A DNA stretch of 64,000 nucleotides from Eledone cirrhosa. Its lineage: Eukaryota. The stretch spans positions 29,512,001 through 29,576,000 of the forward strand of contig OZ024745.1 in NCBI GenBank assembly GCA_964016885.1. Direction: 5' to 3'. This document shows positions 1-12,648 of the stretch, piece by piece. Both the position numbers and the translations under genes were made by a program. The notes beneath the pieces were generated by a model that was not told the DNA's origin, did no database searches, and saw only the letters and a program-made list of their open reading frames with translations. How positions within the stretch are numbered: position 1 is the first letter of the stretch; each line of letters opens with the position of its first letter.

Positions 1-210
1 ACATCTCACCAAGCCACAAACCCACTAAACCAACAAACCTCTAAACTACAAAGCCCCAAAACAGCCAAACCACTAAACCACAAACTACTGAGCCACCAAT
101 TCATTAAACTGCTCAAGTCATTAAATCAGAAACTCACTAAACCACCCTAAACTAACAGCCCTCTAAAATAGCAGCCCACTAAACCAAAAACTCACTAAAC
201 CACCAACCCA
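1..210. repeat. Degenerate AC-rich minisatellite (aaaccactaaacc-like units)
   Basis: Recurring 'ccactaaacc/cactaaacca' motifs at irregular spacing. Confidence 0.55.
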
Positions 211-356
211 ACTGTATTTTCCCCATAAACGATTAATACATTGAGCTCTCTCACATTTGGTAATGAATGAGTGATATACCCACACCTATTCATGTCCTAC
301 TATATATATATCTATATTAAGGTACGCTACTGTCAGATGTGTGCTAGCTGGGATAT

Positions 357-471
357 CTATGACCTCAGAGATGGAGCTGAAGGATTGTCAGTTGGTTTAG
401 GTGAGGGGGCTTCATCCACAATCCAGACCAGTTCTCTACCCTCATTCTCTTGGATGCTGGTTTGATCCTGT
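357..471 (-). CDS. Candidate terminal coding exon of an unidentified host gene (QDQTSIQENEGRELVWIVDEAPSPKPTDNPSAPSLRS*)
   Basis: Minus strand: ctacag acceptor, open frame of balanced composition, TAG stop; phase 2 start matches the phase 2 end of candidate exon 16322-16435. Confidence 0.3.
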
Positions 472-806
472 CTGTAGTGACAGCCGTTATAAATCAAAGA
501 AAGGTGAAGTGAATGATGAACAAAAGGAGAGAAAGCAGATGAAATCTTTATGGGAGCCATATTTTTAGTTGAAAGAAGAAATTGTTTGCAGTAATTTTTG
601 CCCCTAAAGGCAGAAATGAATAAAGCTGACCCACCCCTTAAAAATGGGGTAGTTTCCTTAAATATTTAGGAGGGTAAAGAAGGTATTAAGTCCTAAACAT
701 AATGGAGGACAAAGCAGACCCTTTGAATTATTGTGTAAGTGGCAGAGCATTCCACAGACACATGTACCCTTAAAATACCCAAGCTGAAACAATATGACAC
801 GATATA

Positions 807-1003
807 TGAGGTCAGCTGAAAAGTTCTTAGGCTGACCAAGATACTCTCATGGAATGACCAAATGAGGTTTATTTTTCCACATAGTCCTTGGAAAGAAACA
901 ATGCGCTTATGAATAAGAAGAGTTGAAAACAATGTATGCAAGATTTCACAGTACTAGCATCACTCCTTCATAGTTAGCCTATGAACTTTTCAGCTGACTC
1001 TCA
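807..1003. mobile_element. Tc1/mariner-type MITE
   Basis: TIRs gaggtcagctgaaaagttcttaggctgac / gttagcctatgaacttttcagctgactctc, flanked by TA; second copy at 44571-44764. Confidence 0.7.
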
Positions 1004-1029
1004 TATATATATAACTGACATTCCCTTGG

Positions 1030-1430
1030 TTATGTCGACAAGTGTTCCGGTGGATATGATCAACAGAACAGCCTGCTCTTAAAATTAACATAGCGGTGGC
1101 TGAGCATTCCACAGACATGCATACCCTTAATGTAGTTCTCAGGGAGCTTCAGTGTGACACAGAATATGACAAGGTTGGCCCTTTGAATTACAGGTGTAAC
1201 TCACAGAACCCCCCCCACCTCTTGTATGACAGAGTTGGTTCTTTGAATTATAGGTACAATCTATCAAACAGGTTTCCACACAGTTTTTGCCTATCCAAAT
1301 TCATTCACAAGGTTTGGGTTGACCCAAGGCAGCCATGTTAAAATATATTTACCCAAGTTGCCATGCAGTCTGATTGAATCAGAAATATAAGGATTGCAAA
1401 GTGAAATTGTTGACCATTCCACCACAGTCG
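1030..1430. mobile_element. SINE-like interspersed repeat (ggctgagcattccacagac...ctcagggag family)
   Basis: Same core recurs near 740, 44050-44560, 44780-45010 and 46100-46420. Confidence 0.55.
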
Positions 1431-1459
1431 CCATTATCTGGCACTAATATAATACAATA

Positions 1460-1810
1460 GTCATACACACATACAGGCAAACAGACACTTACAAACACAC
1501 AAGCATACACTAACACTGACATACACACAAACAAAAAGTGACACATACACACACACACACATACAGAGACACATACACGCACACATGCATACGCAAATAC
1601 GTATAGAAGCTCATACAGACACAAACACATACAGAAACACATATGCAGACAAACACATGCAGAAACACATACACACTCACACTTGCAAACACAAACATAT
1701 ACAGAGACACATGCGCACACACAAACACATACATGCACACAGATGCACACACAAACACATACAGAGAGAGCCATACATACACACATGTAGACTCACACAC
1801 ACAAACACAC
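1460..1810. repeat. Degenerate (CA)n microsatellite
   Basis: Direct inspection. Confidence 0.9.
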
Positions 1811-1976
1811 AAACTCTTATGTTTGCCATGTTTTAACAGTGGCACTGTTGAAAAGGTCTGGTAATGGAACATGGAATGGAACAGATCTTTTATTTGATTG
1901 GCAATATCATAAACATATATGTCTTTCTCTCTCTTCTCATTCTCTCCCTCTCTTTCCATACACACATATATCCATA

Positions 1977-2011
<35 letters not shown>

Positions 2012-2187
2012 ATATATATATACACCACTCACTGTAAATGAGGTTGGTGTTAGGAAGGGCATCCAGCTGTAGAAATCAAGCCAGAATCAGTTCCCGTCCC
2101 ACCCTTGCAAGCAGGGAAAAGCGGACGTAAAATGAAATGATGATGATGATGATATACATATATATATACATATATATACATATATAC

Positions 2188-2240
<53 letters not shown>

Positions 2241-2447
2241 AAAAACCACAGACCCTCCATCTCAACTCACCTTTTGAAAAGCAGAAGAACTGCGAAACCG
2301 GTAAAGGAACCAAATAAATATATATATTTAAAAAAAAAATAAGACTCCAGTTGCATTTTCGATTTCATCTCTTTTTCTTTATACTTTCACTCGTGTAGGA
2401 CACCTCGGTTATTTTTCATTTTGTAAAAAAAAAAACCTCACTTTCTA

Positions 2448-2503
<56 letters not shown>

Positions 2504-2504
2504 C

Positions 2505-5265
2505 ATCATCACCGTTTTACGTCCGTTCTTTCATGCTACCATGGGTTAGACGGGTTGTCCTGTTGTGGGCAGTGTCTGGTCGGCTGACCATGCCTTGCTC
2601 ACACAGGAACTGATTTGGCTTGATTTCTACAGCTGGATGCCCTTCCTAACACTAACCTCATTTACAGTGAGTGCTGGGTGCTTTTTCGTGGCGCCTACAC
2701 GTCCACTTTACAGTGTGGGCTGGGTGCTTTTTTGCCGTGGCACCTCCACGACCACCTTGCAGTGGGGGTCGTGGGGGCATATTGTCTATATGCTTCAGCT
2801 TGTACCCATGGGAGGTCGGGTACTCTGTATTACTGCGTGACGCCAGAGGTCACGGTCATGTGTCATCGCCTTTGAGAGGTGTAATTGGGTAAGGTCGGCT
2901 TTTATCACCTCATCCCAGGTCATCTTGAATCTCCCCACTCCGCGGTTTCCATCGACTTCTAGTTCTTTGCACCTTTTTATGCAGCTGTCATCCTTCATAC
3001 GCATCACATGTCCATACCAACGCAACCGCCTCTCCTGCACACAGCATTTGATTCCTCTTATGCTCAGTCTCTCTCTCAATTCATTTATGCTTTGTCGGTC
3101 GCGTATATTACTATTACACATCCATCGGAACATGCAGGCTTCGTTTCTCTCTAATCTACGTAAGTCTTCCATCTTCAGCGCCCAGGTCTCACTACCATGC
3201 AACATCGCTGTTCGGATACACGCATCATACAGTCTGCCTTTCATTTTGAGGGAGAAGCCTTTTGCAGCTAGCAGTGGTAGTAGTTCCCTAAACTTCTTCC
3301 ATCCCGTTCTTACCCTAGTTATTGTACTTTCTGAACACCCACCTCCGCTGCTAATTCGCTCACCTAGGTAGCAGAAGCTGTCTACTGTTTCTACGGAGCC
3401 CTCTCAGAGATTGGTGGTACTTGTTTCCTGTGGCTGTTTGCTGCTTGCTGTCCCAGCACAGCTGCTGCATGTGAAGCCTACATTCTTAATTAAGCTTCCT
3501 GAGATCCCGCTACATCTCTTGTGTACCCATTGTTTGCATTTGGGGCAGAGAATGGAGTTCCTACCTACACCTTTCCTACATACTGAGCAAGGCCATTTCC
3601 CTGAAGGGATCTGGGTTCTGTCTTCTCGTCTACTTACAAGGACCTTAGTCTTTGTTATGTTGACTTTGAGACCCTTTCTTTCTAGTCCCTGCTTCCAAGT
3701 TTGGAATTTCTTCTCTAGTTCTACCATAGATTCAGCTATGAGTGTGAGGTCATCAGCATACAGGAGTTCCCATGGGCATCCGGTCTTAAACTCCTCCATT
3801 ATTGCCTGCAGGACTATGATGAACAGGAGGGGGCTAAGAACAGAGCCCTGGTGGACCCCAACCTGTACACTAAATTCCTCGCTATACTCATTGCTAATCC
3901 CAACTTTGCTGACTGCTCCCCTATACATGGCTTGTACAGCTTTCACAAGCCATTCATCTACTCCTAGTTTTCTAAGAGCCCATCAGATTACAGCACGTGG
4001 AACTCTGTCAAAGGCTTTCTCAAGATCGATGAATGCCAGGTAGAGTGGCTTACTTTTAGCTAGGTACTTTTCCTGTAACTGCCTCACAAGGAAGAGGGTA
4101 TCAGTGGTGCCTCTTCCTGGTACAAACCCAAATTGCATCTCATCTAGTTTCACCCGGTCCCTAATCAACTGTGCTATAACTCTTTCTGTTACTTTCATGA
4201 CCTGGTCGATCAGCTTTATACATCTATAGTTTCCTCTATCGAGTGCATCACCTTTACCTTTGTAGCAGTTGACAATGATGCTACTGTACCAATCTTTTGG
4301 TATGACACCTTCTAGTATTACCTGGTTAACAATACGTGTGGTTATAGTGTGACCTACAGACCCAGATGCCTTCAGCATCTCGGCAGCTATACCCGATGGA
4401 CCGGTGCCTTCCCCATCTTCATATCTTTGATTGCCTTACTTACTACGCTGCTGCTGACTTGTACTGCTGGCCCCTCTATAGGGTCTGCTTGGGGTAGGGT
4501 CTCTTCTTCCCATGCATTCTCCTCATTTAGTAATCTATCATAATGACTCTTCCATGCATCTTTCTTCTCAGCACTTGTGAGGGCAAGCTCACCTTTATCA
4601 TTCCGGATACACTTCTCTCCAATGACATCACAATTCTCTCTGACACACTGCCTCGCAATCTTGAACACCTCCTGTTTCTGGTCCTCACGTTGCAAAACAT
4701 GCTTGAATTTTCTATCCTCTGCTTCCCTCCTAGCTAAGTATACTTGTTGCCTAGCTTCCCTCTTGGTCTCTATATAATGTACCGTGCTCCCCCCGTACTT
4801 CCATTCTTTCCATGCCTGTCTCTTGGCCTTAACTGCCTCATCTACCTTGTTGTTCCACCACCAAGTCACTCTTCTCCTGCTTGTGGTCTTACTCCAGCCA
4901 CAGACCTCATCCGTCACCTCTAGTAAGTTATTTTTTAGGAACTCCCAGTGCTCTTCGACATTGAATGTCTCTATCTGTTCTTCTTTACTGTCGTAGGTGT
5001 TGAGTAAAATATCTCTAAATCTGTTACTGGTTGAGGGGTCTTTCAGCTTCCAGATCTTTCTTCTCCAGGTTGGCCTCTGTTTTCAGGTTCGTCTAGTTCT
5101 GACTGTGAGGTCGCTGACAACTAAGCTATGTTGGGATGTACATTCCTCACTAGGGAAGGCTTTTGTGTTTACGACCGTCCATCTGTCACGTCCTCTGATG
5201 AGGATAAAATCTATCTGACTAGAATGCTCCCCTGATCTATAGGTGATCAGGTGGTTGTCGGGATT
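2505..5265 (-). mobile_element. RTE-clade LINE, 5'-truncated and frameshifted (end of APE domain, RT, PHD-type finger, 3' UTR, (GAT)n tail)
   Basis: ORF pieces with NYR.IKL, QFGFVPGRGTTD, FIDLEKAFDRV, GVHQGSVLSPLLF, LLYADDL, CSVC..CPKC..HKRC..CSSC and RRLRWYGHVMRM. Confidence 0.95.
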
Positions 5266-5358
5266 TTGATGACATCACCATATATATATATGGTGATGTC
5301 ATCATCATCGTTTTAATGTCTGCTTTCTTTTATACACACACACACACACACAGACACA

Positions 5359-5398
<40 letters not shown>

Positions 5399-5417
5399 AG
5401 CACACACATAACCACTA

Positions 5418-5720
5418 AGTATGGCTTAGTGGTTAGAATATTGAGCATGCAACTGAGAGGTCGTGAGTTCAATTCTCGGACCAGGTGATGCATTGTATTG
5501 TTGAATAAGACACTTTATTTCATGAGTTGCGATGTCACTGGTGCCAATCTGTATTGGCCCTTGCCTTTCCCTTGGACAACATGGATGGCACGGAGAGGAG
5601 AGAATGTTTTGCATGGGCGACTGCTGGTTTTCCACAAACAAACCTTGCCCAGACTTGTGCCTCGGAGGAGAACTTTCTAGGTGCAAAAACCATGGTCATT
5701 AGTGACTGATAGGGGCCTTA
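5418..5720 (+). mobile_element. tRNA-derived SINE, variant body
   Basis: A box tggcttagtgg, B box gagttcaattc; related copies at about 14290-14620 (+) and 37290-37580 (-). Confidence 0.7.
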
Positions 5721-6142
5721 TATATATATGTCATCATCATCTTTTAATGTCTGTGTTGGGGAGAGCCAGAACATATACATACACATATACAAACACACAT
5801 CTTATTCAGTAATTCCCCTCACGTTTCAATACTGGCCTCATTAACACATCCCTAGTGGACATTAATTGAACAAAAAGAATAATTTGCAGAAATTTATTTT
5901 CAAATTCATTTAAATAAGAAACAATACTATAATACAATAATTATAGCTAACAGCAAATATTTTTCAAACAGTCAATCAAAATTACAATCGTAATTTATGC
6001 TGGGAAAATACAGTTATTCAAACAAACAATTTTCCAAATTATTTTGAACAATTTAAGAGGAACGATCAAACACTTTGGCTCCATTACAAGGCACAATGGT
6101 TTCTGAGTGGTGCCCATTAAAAAAAAAATTCAGTACATTTAA

Positions 6143-6370
6143 CACCACCACCATCATCATCATCAGCATCATCACCATTATCATCAGTGTCATCATCATC
6201 ATCATCGACGCCATCATCAGCATCATTATCATCATCGTTGTTGACACCATCATCATAACCATCAGCGACATCATCATCATCATCACTGTCATAATCATTG
6301 TCATCATCATCATCATCATCACTGTCATCATCATTATCATCATCATCATCAACCTCATCGTTATCATTAC
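6143..6370. repeat. Degenerate (CAT)n microsatellite
   Basis: Direct inspection; explains the poly-M and poly-I ORFs. Confidence 0.9.
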
Positions 6371-6461
6371 TGTTTTATGTGTGTTTTTATCATGTAGAAT
6401 GTTGCTATGACGGTTCACAACATCCAACAAAACAACATATATATATCATCATCATCATCAT

Positions 6462-6772
6462 CATTTCATTTTACGTCCGCTTTTCCCTGCTTGCAAGGGT
6501 GGGACGGGAACTGATTCTGGCTTGATTTCTACAGCTGGATGCCCTTCCTAACACCAACCTCATTTTCAGTGAGTGCTGGGTGCCTCTTTACCGTGGCACC
6601 TCCACGACCACTTTGCAGTGGAATGATAGGGACCCCAGTCCTATCATCTCAGTTCTACAGCTGAGTAAACTGGAGCAATGTGAAATAAAGTGTCTTGCTC
6701 AAGGAAACAACACATCACCCAGTCTGAGAATTGAACTCACAACCTTTCGATTGCAAGGCCAATGCTCTAACC
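6462..6772 (-). mobile_element. tRNA-derived SINE with RTE-type 3' tail
   Basis: Same family as 8800-9135 (-), 14856-15195 (+), 34327-34660 (+) and 58262-58603 (-). Confidence 0.85.
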
Positions 6773-6791
6773 ATATATATATATATATATA

Positions 6792-7453
6792 TTGGGATTT
6801 GGCCGGAGTATCGCTATTAGCTTTCTCCGATAATGTATTTATATATTTACTCTTTGTTTATTTTTATATATGAATATTGATTGTTTCTTGTATCTCATTC
6901 TGTTATTTTGCCCGAGAAAATATCTGTGTCATCAAACGATGTACACATATGGATATTTTTTCAAATTCCAATTGAGTTCTAGCACGTGGCTTGAATTCCT
7001 TTTAGAATTCCTTGTCCTCGGCATGTATTGTTTTTTGGCGGTAATTCTCCTTCCTCTTTTTTGAGACAGTATGAGAATTTCTTTAGAACTGCTGGGCTAG
7101 CAATCTAGCAGCTACCTCAAGCACTGATGGTGATTATTGCTAAATATTGATGTTGATTTGATTTTCAATATTAATATTATTGGGTACCCACTGAAGAATT
7201 ATAAAAGCTTCTACATAAATTAGTATAATTTCACCCAACTTGTAGGAATCTTATAATGAAACGAGACGTCCGTCTGGGAAAAGATATATTTGATATATCT
7301 TATATGAAATGATGCAGCCAATTTTCCACACAATACAATTAGTTAGCACCCCGAACGTTTAATTAGAAATATACTCACTTATTTCCTAATGTTTGTTGAG
7401 TGAGTTGGGATTTGGCCGGAGTATCGCTATTAGCTTTCTCTGATAATGTATTT

Positions 7454-7455
<2 letters not shown>
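6792..7455 (+). mobile_element. Retrozyme-like or solo PLE pseudo-LTR unit: 613-bp monomer plus 51-bp terminal direct repeat, one HHR
   Basis: 6792-6842 repeated at 7405-7455 with one mismatch; flanked by (TA)n and (CAT)n. Confidence 0.7.
7187..7278 (+). ncRNA. Type I hammerhead ribozyme with long stem II
   Basis: ccca-CTGAAGA-attataa...ttataat-GAAA-cg(agacgtc)c-GTC/tggg; predicted cleavage after 7274. Confidence 0.8.
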
Positions 7456-7514
<59 letters not shown>

Positions 7515-7715
7515 CCGTTTTACATCCGTTCTTCCATGCTAGCATGATATATATATATATATATATATAATTTCAAGTTATCAATAATGTAGTGATAATA
7601 TATCGTCACGTTAGAGATGAACAGCGTACGTGTAGGTTTGCTCAACGAGTATAAATTATATTCCGGAGAAAATGTAGAAAAGATGAATATAAAATGAAAG
7701 TGCTTTTATAAAGGA

Positions 7716-7854
7716 ATTTATTCGGTATTGACATATGTTTCTGTAACAGACGGAATACCTATGTATCGCTGCTTGCGTAATCATATAATGTTAGCAAGTA
7801 TTCGATAGCAAATGTATAATCAGTTGTCACTTCTTCAGAGATATTGGATAAATT
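7716..7854 (-). ncRNA. Degenerate hammerhead-like motif
   Basis: Minus strand CTGAAGA-a-gtgaca...tgttac-a-GAAA-catat-GTC with palindromic stem III; stem I pairs poorly on this strand. Confidence 0.45.
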
Positions 7855-8799
7855 GGAAAAAATCAGAAAAATCAAAGTATTTATATTAGTTGTAAGAAAG
7901 GAAGAAGAGAAGGGATAGTATATGACAGATGGCAATTCAATTTGCTGGTAAACAAGTATATAGAAGGTTTTTAATGAGAATACAATGAGTATATGGCTTA
8001 TTTTATCTAAATAAGAATTTTTGGGAGTGCCTATTTTAATCTATATTTGACCAGTTGAACAATGGACAGGGCTGGTCGTTTGGTGTAGTAGTATTAATAC
8101 AGATATAAAGTATCAAGTATATATCTGTATGATGATGATGGTGATGATGATGGTGGTGGTGGTGGTGGTGGTGGTGGTGGTGATGATGATGATGATGACA
8201 CATCAGACTTCTGCATAACCCTTGATTATGGGATATTTCCATTATGTAGCATTGTTCAACCCAGAGCCACAGTAGAAGGGTAAAAGACATTTGCGCAAGC
8301 ACAAGATACCATAGAACCCTAACCACATGTGCTCAATAAACCACTTAACCACAGAGCCATGCCTGTGCCATGTAGATTTGACAGCTGAGAGAAGAGATTA
8401 TCTCCAGAACTAAATCACAACATAAAGTTTCATCGATCGATCACAAATTGTGATCAATAACTAAAATATTTTATTGGCATCTTTAATGATACTAATTATT
8501 GGATATTTTTCTTTAAATTTTGCACAATAATTCTTCAAACGATGCTTTTTTTTATCCAATCAAATAAATCCTTAATACAGAACTGGAATAGAAAGAGTTA
8601 CACAAGACGATTTGTAATGTCCAAAATTAAGAGTTCATCTGTAATGGAGCAATACTAGCCTGCTACCGATTTGGGGTTCATAAAATACCAGTTAAGATAT
8701 GGTGGAGTCATGAAGTTTGAAACTTGGGTTTAGGAACTGTGTTGTTCAAACGAACTACCCCAGCATATATATATATATATATATATCATTTCATTTTTT

Positions 8800-9135
8800 T
8801 CATCATTTCATTTTACATCCGCTTTTCCCTGCTTGCAAGGGTGGGACGGGAATTGATTCTGGCTTGATTTCTACAGCTGGATGCCCTTCCTAACACCACC
8901 CTCATTTACAGTGAGTGCTGGGTGCCTTTTTTGCAATGGCACCTACATGACCACTTTGCAGTGGACTGATAAGGAACCCAGTCCCTATCATCTCATTTCT
9001 ACAGCTGAGTAAACTGGAGTAATGTGAAATAAAGTGTCTTGCTCAAGGAAACAACACATCACCCGGTCTGAGAATTGAACTCACAACCTTTCGATTGCAA
9101 GGCCAATGCTCTAACCACTAAGCCATGTGCCTCCA
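8800..9135 (-). mobile_element. tRNA-derived SINE with RTE-type 3' tail
   Basis: Head ggaggcacatggcttagtggttagag, tail ...gtaaaatgaaatgatg. Confidence 0.85.
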
Positions 9136-9169
9136 TATATATATACATACATACATACATACATACATA

Positions 9170-9378
9170 GTGGCTGCCAACTCGTTTTCGAGTACGACCA
9201 CTACTTTATATCCATGTAGGAGAACCCTTACCGATGCGCTGAACGAGTGACTTTTTAGTCCAGCCAGCGACTTGAAAACTCTGGTACAAATACTACACTT
9301 GTGACAATTATTGACACATAGTGCTGGGCCCATGGTACAATGTGACGACAAGTGCAGAGAAATCTCCATGTGCTGGGA
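9170..9378 (-). mobile_element. Probable LINE 3' remnant with C2H-type finger (CSICTRVFKSLAGLKSH)
   Basis: Zinc-finger-like motif of the kind found at some RTE C-termini, followed by a (TATG)n tail. Confidence 0.45.
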
Positions 9379-9382
9379 TACA

Positions 9383-9435
<53 letters not shown>

Positions 9436-9467
9436 CACATATTTGGAAACTCTGCTTCATATAATCG

Positions 9468-9564
9468 AGACATATCTGAGGATCTTGTGATTTCAGAGTC
9501 AGGTTTGATCATTGCATCAATCATGCCTCGAGCTGGTCGGCAGAGAAACGATTCTAATATGTCT
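9468..9564 (+). ncRNA. Type I hammerhead ribozyme, minimal stem III
   Basis: agacatat-CTGAGGA-tct...aga-GAAA-cgattc-TA/atatgtct (8-bp stem I), immediately followed by AATAAA. Confidence 0.75.
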
Positions 9565-9671
9565 AATAAATTTTATTACTCCGTTTCTTATGTGATATCA
9601 TACTCTGCTCTGTAAGAGCATCGAGTGCTCAAACGGCCTACCACTTACGGACGCTTTAAGCATCCCATACC

Positions 9672-9724
<53 letters not shown>

Positions 9725-9865
9725 CATACACACACATATATATATATAAAATATATATATCTCTACAAGGTAAACTGTCTCTAGTATAGCTTTTTTCATA
9801 TACATACATGTACTTAGCCAACTTGATTTGTATTCCACCCCAAAGTGTGATTTGGACTTAAATTT

Positions 9866-9907
<42 letters not shown>

Positions 9908-9911
<4 letters not shown>

Positions 9912-10392
9912 AATTGAGAGAGAGACTGAGCATAAGAGGAATCAAATGCTGTGTGCAGGAGAGGCGGTTGCATTGGTATGGACATGTGATGCGTATGAAG
10001 GATGACAGCTGCATAAAAAGGTGCAGAGCACTAGAAGTCGATGGAAACCGCGGAGTGGGGAGACCCAAGATGACCTGGGATGAGGTGATAAAAGCCGACC
10101 TTACCCAATTACACCTCTCAAAGGCAATGACACACGACCGTGACCTCTGGCGTCACGCAGTAATACAGAGTACCCGACCTCCCATGGGTACAAGCTGAAG
10201 CATATAGACAATATGCCCCCACACTCCCCACTGCAAGGTGTACGTGGAGGTGCCATGGCAAAAAAGCACCCAGCCCACACTGTAAAGTGGACGTGTAGGC
10301 GCCACGAAAAAGCACTCAGCACTCACTGTAAATGAGGTTGGTGTTAGGAAGGGCATCCAGCTGTAGAAATCAAGCCAAATCAGTTCCTGTGT
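9908..10392 (+). mobile_element. RTE LINE 3' fragment, near-identical to 2600-3080
   Basis: ERRLHWYGHVMRMKDD...QSTRPPMGTS plus the shared 3' UTR. Confidence 0.92.
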
Positions 10393-11531
10393 GGTAGTTT
10401 TGATGAAAAGATTAATGCCATGATTGAGTTGTTAACAATGTTTATTTTACAATAACAATATTCGATTTGAACATCGAGTAATAAAATTTATGACATGAAA
10501 ATATCCGTACATTAAATTGTTAGCTCTACGAGCTACGTGAATGCATATATCAGAGAAGACTATATAGTATGAGTTGTGTTGTGTCTTGCAGATACAATAT
10601 TACAGGTAGAATAGGATGAAAGTATAATATAACAATATGAACTTACTATGCGTGTGTTTTTTGCCTATTCTTAGAAGATCTTATTGTCATAGTAGTATTG
10701 GTCAATCTGTCAGGCAGGCATGGCTGGCTGTCTGGCTGGCTGTCTGGCTGAGAAGGTAAGCCAGTAAGGGCCAGGAGAAAGATAGAGTGAAAGGTCTACT
10801 GATGCAACATCGTTATCTTCTTGACTGCTGCTTCGATTCTCCTGTTTTGGTTCCCTAAGTCCTTGTATTTATAATGAGTGCTAAAGTTAGAAGGATGGAT
10901 ATATGAGGTTGATTTATGGTCTGACCTGTGGTTAGCATCTCCCAAGAGATTGGGGTCACATCTCAAATGGCATGTACATTTATCATCGTTGACAGGACAA
11001 AGGCGAGAACTTCCAACGATAGATTGTCCCAGAGGCGTGAGAGCTCAGATTCAGTTTCGAATCTTCACCGGTAAAATATAGGAGTATTCCGTTATATATA
11101 TATGCTGAATTTGGAAAGTGAGTACAGTTTGGTTTGGCAGAAGTCATGAGTACAGGTTGGTGTTCAGTTTTGGGTGTTTGTGGACTGAGTGGAGCAATAA
11201 CAGTCTTATTAATATATATATGTATCATCATCATCATCATCGTTTAACGTCCATCTTCCGCACTAGCATGGGTTAGACGGGAGTTGTCCCAATTTGAGGC
11301 AAGGTTGGTCGGGTGACCGTGTCTTGCTGATATAGGACTATCTGGCAGGTTCTACAGCTGGATGCCCTTCCTAACACCAATGTATATATATATATTGTTA
11401 TACTTGGGGAGGGTCATATTGCTATAATATTGCCAGAAATACAGCGTATATATATATATTAATGTCCACTTTCCTTGTTAACGGAATTAAAATTTACAAC
11501 ATATCTCCCAGTACGGCCTTCTGTTGTCGTT

Positions 11532-11563
<32 letters not shown>

Positions 11564-12618
11564 TTATATTTTTGGTTATTAATGTATTTTTTAGGTATTT
11601 TATCTCAAAATAAAGCAGAAGAGATATTATAGAGCAATTTGAATGGAGAAAGAAAAGTAATATATTTTCGTTTTTTTTTCACCACTTTCAACTAAAATTA
11701 GATTAAAATATACATTATACTTTCTGTTCAGATATAGAGCCAAGTATAGCTGAATACAACAGATGACAATAATTGCTATGATTCAGATTAGAGAACTTTT
11801 ATTTATACTAATAGCATACTAGATATCTTAAAGATATCTCAAGAAAGTGATTTTTGGTTATATAATTTTTTTTAGTGTAAAAGCTGCTGTATTCTGTCAT
11901 AATAGCTGGCTTTCTAAACATTAGCTTAGAATGGCAAGATGTAGTTTTGGTAGTTTTAAAAAAAATTTATGAAGAAGTATTTCATCATCATCATCATCAT
12001 TGTTTTATGTCAATTTTCTATGCTGGAATAAATTGGATGGCTTGTCACATTTTGAGATTATACACATCAGATGACTACACGGCATAGTTTCTCTGGCTGG
12101 ATGCCTTCCTAACTCCAACCACTTTTCAGAGTGTACATGGGGCATTTTATCGTAGAACCAGTGCTGCCACTTTACAATGTACTGGATACATTTTATCATG
12201 ACATCAGCACTACTATTTTACACAGTGGGCTGGGTATATTGTATAATGGTATCAGTACTACCACTTTACAGAGTCAGCAGGGTGCATTTTATAAAAGCAC
12301 CAGAAATACCACTTTGCAGATTATATTAAATATATATTAAAGAATAAACTATAGATATAGGTAGAATTATATAATTTTATTAGCCTATATCATATATATA
12401 TACATGTGTGTGTGTGTGTGTGTGTGTATTAATAGGGGTGTGTATGAAAGCATATACTATATGTTTATATACAAAAAACATATGAGAGTTTTACTATCAA
12501 AGAAAATTATTTTTTTTGTTATGAAAAAAATATTTTTCTCTCTTTTGCTCTGTGAATATGTCACAGATATCTCAGAAGCCGTTGAGAATGCCAGACAGCT
12601 GTTTTAAGATACACTTAC

Positions 12619-12648
12619 CTCTCACCAATGATATTGATTCAACTGGTA
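12619..12648 (-). CDS. Candidate 30-nt symmetric microexon (xPVESISLVR)
   Basis: ttttcatctcag acceptor and gtaagt donor; open in phase 1 only. Confidence 0.25.
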
